A stretch of DNA of 64,000 bases. Origin: Pirellulales bacterium. GTDB lineage: Bacteria; Planctomycetota; Planctomycetia; Pirellulales; PALSA-1355. Below are positions 1 to 9,762 of the stretch, piece by piece. Where the stretch lies: assembly GCA_963733035.1 (NCBI GenBank), contig CAVTBU010000009.1, positions 32,001 to 96,000 on the forward strand, in the 5' to 3' direction. Position 1 is the first letter of the stretch. Every line of letters starts with the position of its first letter. The translations under genes were made by a program, and so were the position numbers. The notes under the pieces are model-generated. The model made no database searches and was not told the DNA's origin. It was given only the letters and a program-made list of their open reading frames with translations.

Positions 1-1459
1 CGTCGAGCGGCAGAAAGTGGACAGCGCCATCGGCGGACCCAGCCAGAAAGCCCTTGCCAGGATGGCCCAAGCCCGCGGCGGGATGAGCCGGGTCGTAGGC
101 CAGATCGGCTGGCTGCGTCCACACGACGGCATGTTCGTTGTCGGCCTCGACGGCCAGGATCGTTCTGGACGTGCCGTCGGTGAACTCGCGAATGGGAAGT
201 CCGCGCCCCTCGGGCCAAGCCGTGGCGGCGCCGATCGGCAGCACGACGCAGGTCTTGCCCGGCGCTATCCCGCCCGCGATGCGATACACGTCAGGCATGC
301 GTTCGATTAGGCGGCGATTGTGCTCGCTATCCCACGGCTCGTCGAGATGGAACTCTTTGTAGAGCGCCATCTCGTCTAGAAACGGCAGGACGTGGACGCG
401 CCAACTCAACAGTGGCTTACCGTCGGCGGCGCGGATCGCCGCGTCTGGAAAGCGTTTGTAGACGTCATGGTTGTTGTGCATGGCGATGCCGATTCTCTTC
501 AGATGCTGCATGGCCTGCCGGCGATTGACGGCGCTCAGAGCGTTGTCGGCCGCCTGGCGGAAGACGTTATCTGCCGGTGGCAACTTCGAGAGATCCACCG
601 ATAGCACGATCTCGTCATTGTCGACTCGCTCCTCAAGTGCGGCCAGCAAGGGGCCGAATTGAACCGGGCTCCCGTTAATCGCGCGAATCTTCGCCACAGT
701 GTCTCTTAAGAACGTATCGAGCACGCCAGCCAGAGAGATCGCCTGTTGCGGCGAAGTGGCCCGCACGATCAACCGAAACGAGCGATCGGGTTCGAAGGCC
801 ACGGTGGTCCATTCCGTCTGATCCGCCCAGGCATGCAGCAGATCGCCGCCTCGTTCAGCGGGCAATTCCGGTAACAAGGACGCGAGTACCCGGCGCTGAT
901 CGGCAGACGGTGCAATGACGAACACCAGCGGCGCATCTCCCGCAGCGGCCAGCGCCGGTTCGATCGCAGGTCGCTCCGGGTGTTTGCCCGTCAAAGCACT
1001 CGTTACGAGATCAGCCGGACCTATCAGGCAATAGCGCCCGCGCGTGGCGACGCGCCACGACTTGTCGGGCAATGGCAGGCCTGGCAGTTTCGCGATTTGC
1101 TCGGCGGTCTCGGGGTTTTCGCACGCAATCACGCACAGGGATTCCATCGTAAACAGTTGGTAACCGGTGGGCAGCTTGCTGGGAACCTGAACAATCAAAT
1201 TGACGTGCCGAACGCCGGCGGCGGTGAGTAGCTTCTGGAACACCTTCGGCCAGAGTGCCGATTCCGAGGGAGCCAATTGCCCGCCGAAGGCGAGCGAGGC
1301 GAACGTCGCGGCTGGCTCTTCGGCACGGATGTCGATCCGCGCGACTGCCACCGCCGTTTCGTCCATCAACGTGGCCAATCCGTCGCCCTCGTCGGCGGCC
1401 AGGGGGCCGGCAATCGTCGCAAGCAGCAGCAGGCAAAGTGCGGTCAGCGGGCGAAACAT
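1..1459 (-). CDS. Exported DUF1559-domain protein (partial, runs off the left edge)
   Basis: Absent from the ORF track because no stop lies in the window. Manual translation from ATG 1459 (AGAGGA upstream) gives the signal-like MFRPLTALCLLLLATIAGPLAA, then DUF1559 hallmarks HLKRIGIAMHNNHD, LSWRVHVLPFLDE, LDEPWDSEHN, FTDGTSRTILAVE, WTQPADL and H-x10-DG (HPGKGFLAGSADG). Confidence 0.9.
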   Translation of the reverse strand, partial: MFRPLTALCLLLLATIAGPLAADEGDGLATLMDETAVAVARIDIRAEEPAATFASLAFGGQLAPSESALWPKVFQKLLTAAGVRHVNLIVQVPSKLPTGYQLFTMESLCVIACENPETAEQIAKLPGLPLPDKSWRVATRGRYCLIGPADLVTSALTGKHPERPAIEPALAAAGDAPLVFVIAPSADQRRVLASLLPELPAERGGDLLHAWADQTEWTTVAFEPDRSFRLIVRATSPQQAISLAGVLDTFLRDTVAKIRAINGSPVQFGPLLAALEERVDNDEIVLSVDLSKLPPADNVFRQAADNALSAVNRRQAMQHLKRIGIAMHNNHDVYKRFPDAAIRAADGKPLLSWRVHVLPFLDEMALYKEFHLDEPWDSEHNRRLIERMPDVYRIAGGIAPGKTCVVLPIGAATAWPEGRGLPIREFTDGTSRTILAVEADNEHAVVWTQPADLAYDPAHPAAGLGHPGKGFLAGSADGAVHFLPLD

Positions 1460-1508
1460 GGATGGATCCTCTGTGGGCAAATGTATTAACCGACGGATGA
1501 CCTGAAAC

Positions 1509-2939
1509 TCAGCGACTTACGGTGATGTCGAACTGCGTATCCGGATTCACTATCCCTTTTTCCGCGGACTTGAGGATGGCGGTGTTGCCATCAAGCCGAT
1601 ACGCAAACGGGCTACCAGTGGCCGGGTCGAGCGGCACCGGCACTTCGTGAATCTGATCGAGCGCCGTCGGCAACCGGCCTTCGTGCGCGGCGGCATACAG
1701 CCGCAAGGCTTCCACCACTCGCAGCATCGCGATCTTCTGGTCGCCGCGCAACACGGCGCGGCTGGCAGCGCTGATCGCGGGCAACATCACGTTGGCCAAC
1801 ACGGCCTCGGGGCGGTGCGCCAGTTTGTCGAATCGCTCGTCGATTTGTTTCAGCGCCCGCCGGGTTTCCACCGGCGGGTGTCGCGACCAGATGACCATTT
1901 CGTCGAGCAACTCGCGATACACCTGTACCCAGCGAAGCATCACCACCTGCGTCGGCTGCATCGCCTCGATCAGCTCGCGGTCCAGGTCCGATTCTAGGAG
2001 CTGCCGCTTACAAATAGGGTACGCTCGCAGCACAAGGGGCAACAGGGCGACGCCGGCCGGCACGCGAACCTCTTGCGTTTCACCCGAGTTGAACTCGACC
2101 CGAAAGCCGCCATCGACCCACTGCGATTCCATCAGTGCGCCCGCTTCGTGGGCCAGGTGTTCGAGCTGCTTCGGTGTGAGGACCGCTGAATTGAGCAAAT
2201 CGGCGTAGGGTAGGGAACCTCGGATCCAAAGATTTTCCGATTCGATGCTCTCGGCCAGGTTGCTCATGGAACTCGGCAAACAGGTCAGCGCCCAGTATGC
2301 ATTCGGCGAGCCGCTCTGGGTGATCCAGTGTGCGACCTCTTCCGAGGCCTGGCCTTGCGCCGCCAGGCCCACGAGCATGCTGACCAGCGTGCCGGCTTTT
2401 CCCAAATGTTGCCCCATCGTGTACATATTTTCCAAAGCACGACTGGCAGCCGCATAGTCTCCCTCCAGAATCGCCAGTCGGACTTCGACCGTCATCAGGC
2501 GTGCCAGCTCGCGCATTTCCTGAATTTCAGGCAGCAGCGTGGCAACCCCTTGTTCCTGCAGCGGCAAGTCCCATTCGACATTCTTGCGGCGCACGGCCAG
2601 CCGAGCTTCGTTGAACACCCCGCGAAATCGCGACATCGTCCGCCGCCCCTCATCTAGCGGCAGCGCGGCCGGCGGCAGCTCGAGCCAGTCGTAGATCTTT
2701 TGGCGCTCTTTGCGATCACGACCGTCTTGCTGCAACACAACGATCGCGCGGTAGTACATCGCCGCGGCGTTTCCCTCGGCAAGCTGCCGAGCTTCCGGCG
2801 CAAAACGATAGCGCAACAGCGGCCGCGGCGGTCCGGCAGGAGTCATGGTGAGCTTGACGACGTCCAAATTATCGTCGCCGACCAGCGGAGCCCAAACAAT
2901 CAGCAAGGCCAGCGCGGCCAGCAGGAATCGCCGGATCAT
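1509..2939 (-). CDS. Exported conserved planctomycete protein with a pseudopilin-like C-terminal motif
   Basis: 476-aa ORF with signal peptide MIRRFLLAALALLIVWAPLVG. The C-terminus VEALRLYAAAHEGRLPTALDQI..PLDPATGSPFAY resembles the GspG/pilin globular segment. Confidence 0.8.
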   Translation of the reverse strand: MIRRFLLAALALLIVWAPLVGDDNLDVVKLTMTPAGPPRPLLRYRFAPEARQLAEGNAAAMYYRAIVVLQQDGRDRKERQKIYDWLELPPAALPLDEGRRTMSRFRGVFNEARLAVRRKNVEWDLPLQEQGVATLLPEIQEMRELARLMTVEVRLAILEGDYAAASRALENMYTMGQHLGKAGTLVSMLVGLAAQGQASEEVAHWITQSGSPNAYWALTCLPSSMSNLAESIESENLWIRGSLPYADLLNSAVLTPKQLEHLAHEAGALMESQWVDGGFRVEFNSGETQEVRVPAGVALLPLVLRAYPICKRQLLESDLDRELIEAMQPTQVVMLRWVQVYRELLDEMVIWSRHPPVETRRALKQIDERFDKLAHRPEAVLANVMLPAISAASRAVLRGDQKIAMLRVVEALRLYAAAHEGRLPTALDQIHEVPVPLDPATGSPFAYRLDGNTAILKSAEKGIVNPDTQFDITVSR

Positions 2940-2991
2940 AGTACGTTAACTCCGAATAAGATGAACTGGGCAAGCTCAGGTGAGCGATTAC

Positions 2992-3561
2992 CTAGGACGT
3001 GGGTGGTGTGGCCAGGCCGATGCCGTCACGCCTCAGCCGACGATCGCCCCAGCGCAGCGTCGGCGTGCGAGGAGGTGGATTCGCGTCAGGTGAATCGTCA
3101 GGCACCCGCGCATCGGCGGCACGCGCAGCCAGCGCGTCCGTTGCCAATTGCGGCCGCACCGTAAGTGGGCGTGACGCGTCAAATCGACCGCTCGCCAAAG
3201 ACAGCAACCAATCGGCTTCGTCGCCGATCGGCCGGACCACCGCGTGCGGCGCTTCAGCATGTTCCCTGACCCGCGAGTTCTCGCGGCGCATCCCTCCAGG
3301 CGCTTCGGCATCGTTCTGACTGACGATATGTGCCGGCGCGGCTCCTTGCGGCAGAATCGCCGGGCGCAGGCCCAGCACGAACGCCAACATTAGCGAAGCC
3401 CCAGTGGCCCACTTCCACGGCGTCGAGCCACGAGCGGCCGACTGCTCGCCCAGGTGGATCATCAGGCGATCGCGATCGATGCGGCTGGCCCGCGGCGCGA
3501 GCGATGCGAGCATGCGCTGGCAGTCGTTCAGCTCTTCGGGAAGATGTTCGTCTTGGGACAT
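2992..3561 (-). CDS. Putative single-pass membrane anti-sigma factor
   Basis: Overlaps the end of the ECF sigma gene. Short N-terminal domain (LASLAPRASRIDRDRL) followed by one hydrophobic helix, WKWATGASLMLAFVLGL. The function is inferred from context. Confidence 0.6.
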   Translation of the reverse strand: MSQDEHLPEELNDCQRMLASLAPRASRIDRDRLMIHLGEQSAARGSTPWKWATGASLMLAFVLGLRPAILPQGAAPAHIVSQNDAEAPGGMRRENSRVREHAEAPHAVVRPIGDEADWLLSLASGRFDASRPLTVRPQLATDALAARAADARVPDDSPDANPPPRTPTLRWGDRRLRRDGIGLATPPTS

Positions 3562-4034
3562 GCAACACCCAACCTTTCACGCAATGCGGCCAAGCCGGCC
3601 GCGTATCTGCGGTGGGCGGCGCTCGAGGAGCACCCCACCAGTTCGCCGATTTCACTAAAATTCAATCCGCCCCAAAGTCGAGCCACGAGCACCTCGCGGT
3701 GATCCAGCGTCAACTCGCCGAGCGCCGCGGTGGCGACCCGCGCGTCGAGCGCCTCGCCCACGGCGGGCTCGAACCACTCGAGCGGCCGGGCGGCGGCCGA
3801 CTCGTGTCGCTTGCGCCGGTGTTCGGCCCGACCGGCGCTGATCGCGCCACGGCGGACCGCACAATACAGCCAACCGATAGGGCGCTCGGGCAGTGGCCGC
3901 TGTTGGGCCAGTTGCACGATTGCTTCCTGTACGATGTCTTCGGGCGTGCCGCACCAGGCTCGAGCATAGAGCTCCAGCGCCGACGCCTGGGTCTCCAGAA
4001 CGTGTTGCACCAGCTTCAGAACGGCTTCTTCCAT
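3528..4034 (-). CDS. ECF-family RNA polymerase sigma-70 factor
   Basis: Region 2 motifs PEDIVQEAIVQL and GWLYCAVRR; region 4 HREVLVARLWGGLNFSEIGELVGCSSSAAHRRY. Start placed at ATG 4034 within ORF 3528..4097. Confidence 0.93.
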   Translation of the reverse strand: MEEAVLKLVQHVLETQASALELYARAWCGTPEDIVQEAIVQLAQQRPLPERPIGWLYCAVRRGAISAGRAEHRRKRHESAAARPLEWFEPAVGEALDARVATAALGELTLDHREVLVARLWGGLNFSEIGELVGCSSSAAHRRYAAGLAALRERLGVACPKTNIFPKS

Positions 4035-4449
4035 CGGTGGGCCAAGGACCTGCGCGAGCGAACCCGTTTCTGTAGAGATGTCGCCCGCCGGGCCCATCTG
4101 TCCCGCGCAAAGTCAGCGACAAGGACGGTTTTTCGCAGGGCAAGTGGATCGTCGGGCCGTGACCGGTGGCGGCTGACAGGTCGATTATGGCCGTCCGGAT
4201 CGGCCTCGACTAGTATTTCTAAAACCGAATGGAGTCCGCAGCTCGAGCGGCGTCTACAGTCTTTGCAGACGCGAGCAGCGAAAGGACCGAATGAAGCGGG
4301 CGGTTGGCGCGAACGACGAGATAGTCAGAACGACGAAGCTGGCCACTCATTCGATTTTGGCCAGAACCATCGATTGACATAATGGAATGCCGCCGTCGTG
4401 GGCGCCGCGCTTCCCCCCGTCTTTCTGAGAAACGCTATTCGGCAAGGTG

Positions 4450-4866
4450 TTATCTTGTGAATCCCGCGACGCGGTCCAAGCGAGTCACTTCGAGTGGTGG
4501 TCGAAACAGCGTAATGAAAGCGCTTCGTATTTTGGCCATGTGGGGCGTCTTGCCGTGCGCCTTTAGGGCTTCTTCGTCCTTATAGACTTCAAAGAAGACG
4601 AGTTCGTCGGGATTCTTGGTGGAGCGGTGGCAGACATAGGCTAACACTCCCGGCTCGTTTTCCTCGACCGAAGCGCACAGATCTTTGAGTGCCTGTAGGG
4701 CGTCGGCCTCTTTTTCCATATTGAGCTTGAACTTGGCGAGCTGCGTAATTGTCGCGTCAGTTTCCGGTTCGTCCGCAGGGGCCAGACGGCTGAAACCGAT
4801 CGTCGTTAGACCGACACCGGCGGCACAGAAACCACGTCGCGTCACCAAACCTGCGGGAAAATGCAT
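4450..4866 (-). CDS. Antibiotic biosynthesis monooxygenase (ABM)/quinol monooxygenase-like protein with Tat-like signal
   Basis: EPGVLAYVCHRS..PDELVFFEVYKDEEALKAHGKTPH is an ABM motif; N-terminal TRRGFCAAG is a twin-arginine motif. Confidence 0.85.
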   Translation of the reverse strand: MHFPAGLVTRRGFCAAGVGLTTIGFSRLAPADEPETDATITQLAKFKLNMEKEADALQALKDLCASVEENEPGVLAYVCHRSTKNPDELVFFEVYKDEEALKAHGKTPHMAKIRSAFITLFRPPLEVTRLDRVAGFTR

Positions 4867-5160
4867 GGGAGGATACCTTTCTTATTCGATTTGTACGTCA
4901 AGGTTGGCTATCACCGTTTCGTCACGATAGTGTGCCGACTAGCGGACCGCAAACGCTTTGATCTTCTCCACCACGGCTGAGGGATCTTCCATGAGCAGGA
5001 AGTGCCCCAGGCCGCTCAATTCGTGATATCCAGCCCGCGGGCAGCGGCGTGCCAGTTCGCGGCCCATTTCGACATGTGCGATCGGATCGCCGTCGGCCCC
5101 CAGGCTTTTGGATGTTCACCAGGGTTGCGATAAGACGCCGCTGTCACTTTTTGTCGCATT

Positions 5161-6390
5161 CTATTGCGTGGAATTTCTCTGCCACGGATTGCCGGCGCGA
5201 TAGGGGTTGCCCGATGCGTAGCCGGACAAGGTGTCTGAGCTTGGGCCGGTGGAAATCTCACGCACCAAGTCGGCGCGATCCAGCAGCGCGGGGCTTAGTT
5301 CCGTGCCTAACCCCGGTCCGGGTGGCAACGGAAAGTGCCCGTCATCGCTTACCAGGTTGAAGGTCAGCGCGTCGCCAAACCACGTGAGATAGAAAGCCCG
5401 CACGCTTTCCATAATGAATAGGTTGTAGACGCTGGCACAAAAATGTGCCGCCACGAAGTTGCTGACCGGGCCGCCCGGGTTGTGGGGCGCGACCGGCAGT
5501 TGATAGCTTTCGGCCAGGGCGGCGATCTTCCGCGCTTCGGTCAAACCGCCCGCCCAGTCGATGTCGAACATGACGATGTCCGCGGCCCCTTGTTCGATGA
5601 CTGGTCGATAGCCCCAACGGGTCATCAGTCGCTCGCTGGTCACCAGCGGCGTTCGCGTCGCGGCCCGAAGTTGGCGCGTGGCTGCAGGACTATCGGGCAG
5701 CATCAATTCCTCCAGCCACATTGGCCGAAATGGCTCAACCGCCTGTGCAATGCGAATCGCGCTGGGCAGATTCCACTGGCAATGCCCTTCGAGCGCGATT
5801 TCTATCTCCTCGCCAACCGCCTCGCGAATCGCCTGTAACCGTGACGCGCCATATTCCAGGTCGGCCGGGCTGATGCTCTGCCCAAGCGTGCGGCGGGCCA
5901 AGTCGTCGAAGGGCCAAATCTTTATCGCGCGAATGCCCATCGACAGCAAGTCGCGCGCGAGGCCGGCAGGATCGTCGTGGAATCGCTCGTGGTCGTTGTA
6001 GTCGCCGTAGCTCGCGCAGGTATTGTAGATCGGTATTTGGTCGCGGCAGGCTCCGCCGAGCAGATCGTAGACGGGCCTTCCAGTGAGCTTGCCCAACAGA
6101 TCCCACAGCGCGATGTCGATGGCGCTGATGGCCCGCATCTCGGTGCCGCCGTAGTTGCCGTAGTGCACTACCTTGAACATGTGATGCCAAAGCAGTTCGA
6201 TGCGGGTCGGATCCTGGCCTAGCAGTACTTTCGCCAACGTACCGTGGATCATGCGTGCCACGGCGTCGGGCGATTGAAACGTCTCGCCCAAACCGACCAG
6301 ACCCGCGTCGGTGTGCACGCGCACCCAAACGAGCAGCGGTCGCTCTGGATCGAGGATCGTTTCCACCGCCGTGATCTTCAGGCTTTCCAT
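5161..6390 (-). CDS. Mandelate racemase/muconate lactonizing (enolase superfamily) enzyme, probable sugar-acid dehydratase
   Basis: VRVHTDAGLVGLGET, AISAIDIALWDLLGK, PVYDLLGG, KIWPF, WLEE, SERL, GGLTEARKIA, PGPGLG. Confidence 0.93.
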   Translation of the reverse strand: MESLKITAVETILDPERPLLVWVRVHTDAGLVGLGETFQSPDAVARMIHGTLAKVLLGQDPTRIELLWHHMFKVVHYGNYGGTEMRAISAIDIALWDLLGKLTGRPVYDLLGGACRDQIPIYNTCASYGDYNDHERFHDDPAGLARDLLSMGIRAIKIWPFDDLARRTLGQSISPADLEYGASRLQAIREAVGEEIEIALEGHCQWNLPSAIRIAQAVEPFRPMWLEELMLPDSPAATRQLRAATRTPLVTSERLMTRWGYRPVIEQGAADIVMFDIDWAGGLTEARKIAALAESYQLPVAPHNPGGPVSNFVAAHFCASVYNLFIMESVRAFYLTWFGDALTFNLVSDDGHFPLPPGPGLGTELSPALLDRADLVREISTGPSSDTLSGYASGNPYRAGNPWQRNSTQ

Positions 6391-7364
6391 GCGGCCTTCA
6401 CCTCAGGATTGACCAGTCCGGCGGTGGGCCACTTGCCCGCAAAGGTATCGAGGATATTATGCGCCGCGCCGGTGGCCATGTCGGCGATCGCTTGCGAATC
6501 GAGGGCCGAAAGATGAGGGCTGACAATTACATTGTCCAGCGCTAGCAACGGGTGGTCTGCGGGCGGCGGCTCGACATCCAGCACGTCGAGGCCGGCCCCG
6601 AAGAGATGCCCAGAGGTTAACGCCTCGAGCAGGTCCGTTTCGTTTACCAATCCACCGCGCGCGGTGTTGATCAGAATGCTGCCACGCTTCATGCGCGAAA
6701 GTGTGCGCGTGTTGATCAGCTCCTTTGTCTCGGGAGCCATTGGCGTGTGGAGCGTGACAAAATCGGACCTGGCGAGCAGCATGTCCAAATCCACCAGCTC
6801 GACTCCATGCGTCTTTGCAAATTCCCGGTCGGGGTATTTTTCATGGGCCAATAGCCGCATTCGAAACCCTGAGGCACGAATGGCCACGCTACGACCGATC
6901 CGCCCCAGGCCGACGATGCCCAGCGTTTTTCCGCGCAAGGGAATCGAGACCGCCCCACGGCTCCAGTTTCCTTGCCGGGTGTCGATCGCATTGGCGACCA
7001 GTGAACGGGCCACGGCCAACAACAGCGCCATTGTATGCTCGGCGACGGCCTGATGATTGCCTTCTGGTGTGATGGTTACGGCAACGCCATGCCGCGTCGC
7101 GGCCGGCACGTCGATTCGATCGTAGCCAACTCCGTTGCGCGAGATGATGCGCAGCCGCGGAAGTCCCGCGAGCACGCGATTGGTGTATGGTTCGCTGCCG
7201 GCGATGATCGCCTCGAAATCCTGTGCGGCTTGCAAAACGTCGTCCTCCGTCAGCAGCACACTTTTCGCAGGATAGCGCAGGTCATAGCCAGCAGCATGCA
7301 ATAAATCGGCGTGCGGGCCAGGAATATCGCGCAACGCCTCGGTGGTAATCAGGATTTTAGGCAT
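6378..7364 (-). CDS. D-isomer-specific 2-hydroxyacid dehydrogenase (SerA-like)
   Basis: RNGVGYDRID, AVAEHTMALLL, GIVGLGRIG, INTARGGLV, GAGLDV, SPH. Confidence 0.93.
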   Translation of the reverse strand: MPKILITTEALRDIPGPHADLLHAAGYDLRYPAKSVLLTEDDVLQAAQDFEAIIAGSEPYTNRVLAGLPRLRIISRNGVGYDRIDVPAATRHGVAVTITPEGNHQAVAEHTMALLLAVARSLVANAIDTRQGNWSRGAVSIPLRGKTLGIVGLGRIGRSVAIRASGFRMRLLAHEKYPDREFAKTHGVELVDLDMLLARSDFVTLHTPMAPETKELINTRTLSRMKRGSILINTARGGLVNETDLLEALTSGHLFGAGLDVLDVEPPPADHPLLALDNVIVSPHLSALDSQAIADMATGAAHNILDTFAGKWPTAGLVNPEVKAAWKA

Positions 7365-7423
7365 GTGTGTGTCACGGCGGACAGACTGACGAGAGGTTCA
7401 GTTTCCAGATGGATCACGCAGCA

Positions 7424-8221
7424 CTAGGCGGAACCACCCTGGTGCTGCCGGACACACTGGGTCAAATGCGACGCGGCATGAATCAGTAATCCGTAGTCGG
7501 CGGCAATCGCCATCCAATCGACGCCCTTATCGACCCACTGGAGGAGTACTTCCGGATCGTCACCCACGGCGATCCCCATGGGAACCTTGGCCGCTTTCGC
7601 CTTGGCGATGATCGAATCAATGGCGCCGATCACTTCGGAATGCCGCGGCTGGCCGGTGAATCCCAGCGACGCCGCCAAGTCGTTCGGCCCAACAACAATC
7701 GCCGTCAGCCCGGGCACTGCCAAGATTTCGTCCAGATTGTGGAAGGCCTCGCTCTGCTCGATCTGCACGATGGTGATGATCGCCTGGTTGGCGGCCCGGC
7801 AGAAGTCTGTCCCGCCACGTGCCCCATACCCGGAGGGTCGCCGTGGACCGAAGCCGCGAATGCCCTCCGGCGGATAGCGACAGGCGGCCACGGCTAGGCG
7901 CACGTCCTCGGCCGTCTTGACCAACGGCACGATTACTCCTGCTGCGCCTACATCGAGCACGGGTTTGATCAAAACGGGATCGTTGGCCGCCACGCGCACC
8001 AGCGGTGTCGTCTGGGTGCCTTTGGTGGCCATGATGTGTCCCTGCACACGTTCCACCGAAATCGGATTGTGTTCCGTGTCGATCCAGACGAAATCGAGGA
8101 CGCGCGTCAGCGCTTCGGTCACAGCCGGATCGGTGAAAGTGATGCAGGTGCCCAGCAGCGTCTTGCCACCCCGCAATCGGTCGCGAAAGAAATGTGCGTT
8201 TTCCACAGGATAGTGATCCAT
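7424..8221 (-). CDS. HpcH/HpaI (GarL/RhmA-like) class II aldolase
   Basis: DFVWIDTEH, LDVGAAGVIVP, RYPPEGIRG, VQIE, VGPNDL. The start is uncertain (ORF extends to 8260). Confidence 0.92.
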   Translation of the reverse strand: MDHYPVENAHFFRDRLRGGKTLLGTCITFTDPAVTEALTRVLDFVWIDTEHNPISVERVQGHIMATKGTQTTPLVRVAANDPVLIKPVLDVGAAGVIVPLVKTAEDVRLAVAACRYPPEGIRGFGPRRPSGYGARGGTDFCRAANQAIITIVQIEQSEAFHNLDEILAVPGLTAIVVGPNDLAASLGFTGQPRHSEVIGAIDSIIAKAKAAKVPMGIAVGDDPEVLLQWVDKGVDWMAIAADYGLLIHAASHLTQCVRQHQGGSA

Positions 8222-8287
8222 TTTATGTGGTGATGAGTTGTCGCAAGCTCGGCAGTTCAACGGTCGGTGCCGCGCTCCCCCGAATGG

Positions 8288-9751
8288 TCATGCCCTCGCG
8301 GGCTCGTCGATCAATTCGTGAACCACTTTGGCACCGGTGACGGCTGCATCGGTTAGCGTTTCATCGCGCCCATGATGCCGGAAAGTCAGCTTGTTGTGGT
8401 CGAGCCCCAGTTGGTGCAACAGCGTGGCAAACAGATCGGTTACGTGGACCGGATTTTCCACGGCTCGATAGCCAACGTCATCGGTCGCCCCGTGCGCGTA
8501 GCCCGGCTTGAAGCCGCCGCCGGCCAGCACGAGGCTAAAGCCGTTGCGGTTATGATCGCGACCCTTCCCGTTTTGGGACACCGGCAAGCGGCCAAATTCG
8601 CCCGACCACAAGACGATGGTGCTTTCCAGCAGACCGCGCGCCTTCAGATCGCGGATCAGCGCGGCCGAGGGCAGATCGATCTTGCCGGCGATTTTTTCGA
8701 TCTCCGTCTTCACGTTACCATGGCTATCCCACGGGTTGCCGGCCGCGGCAAACACCTGCACGAATCGCACGCCACTTTCAACCAGGCGCCTGGCCATCAG
8801 CAGCCGCGAGCCGTAGCCGGCGGTCGCCGGATTGTCGAGTCCGTACATGCTACGCGTCGCAGCCGTTTCGCGCGATAGATCGAGCACGTCGCCCGCCGCC
8901 AATTGCATCCGCGCGGCCAGCTCATAATTGCGAATCCGCGCCTCGAGGGCCGTCTCGCGCGGATAGCTTTCGCGATGGCGGGCATTCATTCGGGCCAGAA
9001 ACTCCAAATCGTCGCGCTGCGCTCCCTCGGGCAGCGGCAAACCCGGCTGCAGGTTCAAGACGGGAGTTCCCTGGGCGCTAAACTCCGTACCGCGATACAT
9101 GGCCGGGAGCCAGCCGTTTTGCCAGAGCGTCGAACCGGTGCCAGGATAGCCTTCCGGATCGCGAAGCACGATGTAGCTGGGCAGATTCTGATTCTCGGTA
9201 CCCAACGCATAGCTGACCCACGACCCAAGCGTTGGCCGTCCGGGAAAGATCTTTCCACTGGTGATCATCACCAGGCTTTCTGTGTGATTGTTGTGGTCGG
9301 TATGCATGGAGCGCACCAGGCACAAATCGTCGGCCAGTTCGGCCAGATGCGGCAGCGCCTCGGAGATTTCCATACCGCACGTTCCGCGCGGCTGAAACTT
9401 GAACGGGCAGCCCAACAGTTTGTTTGACTCACTGCCGGGCTGGAACATCTCGACTTTGTCGTGGTGCACCTGGCCCGCTCGCTTGCTCAACTCCGGCTTG
9501 GGGTCGAACAGTTCCATCTGGCTCGGACCGCCGTTTTGCATCAGCATGATTACGGATTTCGCGCGTGGCACGAAATGCGCTGGCCGTAGTTGTAAGTCGA
9601 AGCTCGCGCGGGCCGCGTTGCCGGCAGCCAACAGCCCATCGGCCTGGAGCATGCTTCCCAGGGCCAGGGCTCCGAATCCGAGTCCGGTGGTTCGTAGCAT
9701 GTCGCGACGCGACAGCGCGGGTTCGTCGGATGGATGCGCTGGGTTTCTCAT
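8288..9751 (-). CDS. DUF1501-domain protein (Tat signal)
   Basis: SRRDML twin-arginine motif; AKSVIMLMQNGGPSQMELFDPKP, SYALGTENQNLP, ARRLVESGVRFVQV, WDSH, GEFGRLP, GRDHN. Confidence 0.93.
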   Translation of the reverse strand: MRNPAHPSDEPALSRRDMLRTTGLGFGALALGSMLQADGLLAAGNAARASFDLQLRPAHFVPRAKSVIMLMQNGGPSQMELFDPKPELSKRAGQVHHDKVEMFQPGSESNKLLGCPFKFQPRGTCGMEISEALPHLAELADDLCLVRSMHTDHNNHTESLVMITSGKIFPGRPTLGSWVSYALGTENQNLPSYIVLRDPEGYPGTGSTLWQNGWLPAMYRGTEFSAQGTPVLNLQPGLPLPEGAQRDDLEFLARMNARHRESYPRETALEARIRNYELAARMQLAAGDVLDLSRETAATRSMYGLDNPATAGYGSRLLMARRLVESGVRFVQVFAAAGNPWDSHGNVKTEIEKIAGKIDLPSAALIRDLKARGLLESTIVLWSGEFGRLPVSQNGKGRDHNRNGFSLVLAGGGFKPGYAHGATDDVGYRAVENPVHVTDLFATLLHQLGLDHNKLTFRHHGRDETLTDAAVTGAKVVHELIDEPARA

Positions 9752-9762
9752 CGCGAGGCTCC

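Noticed and set aside
3330..4382. 350-aa plus-strand ORF; similar long antisense ORFs at 12533-13735, 14328-15659, 16396-17385, 55848-57086 and 60685-61641
   Set aside because: Shadow ORFs opposite well-supported genes in high-GC DNA, with no recognisable motifs.
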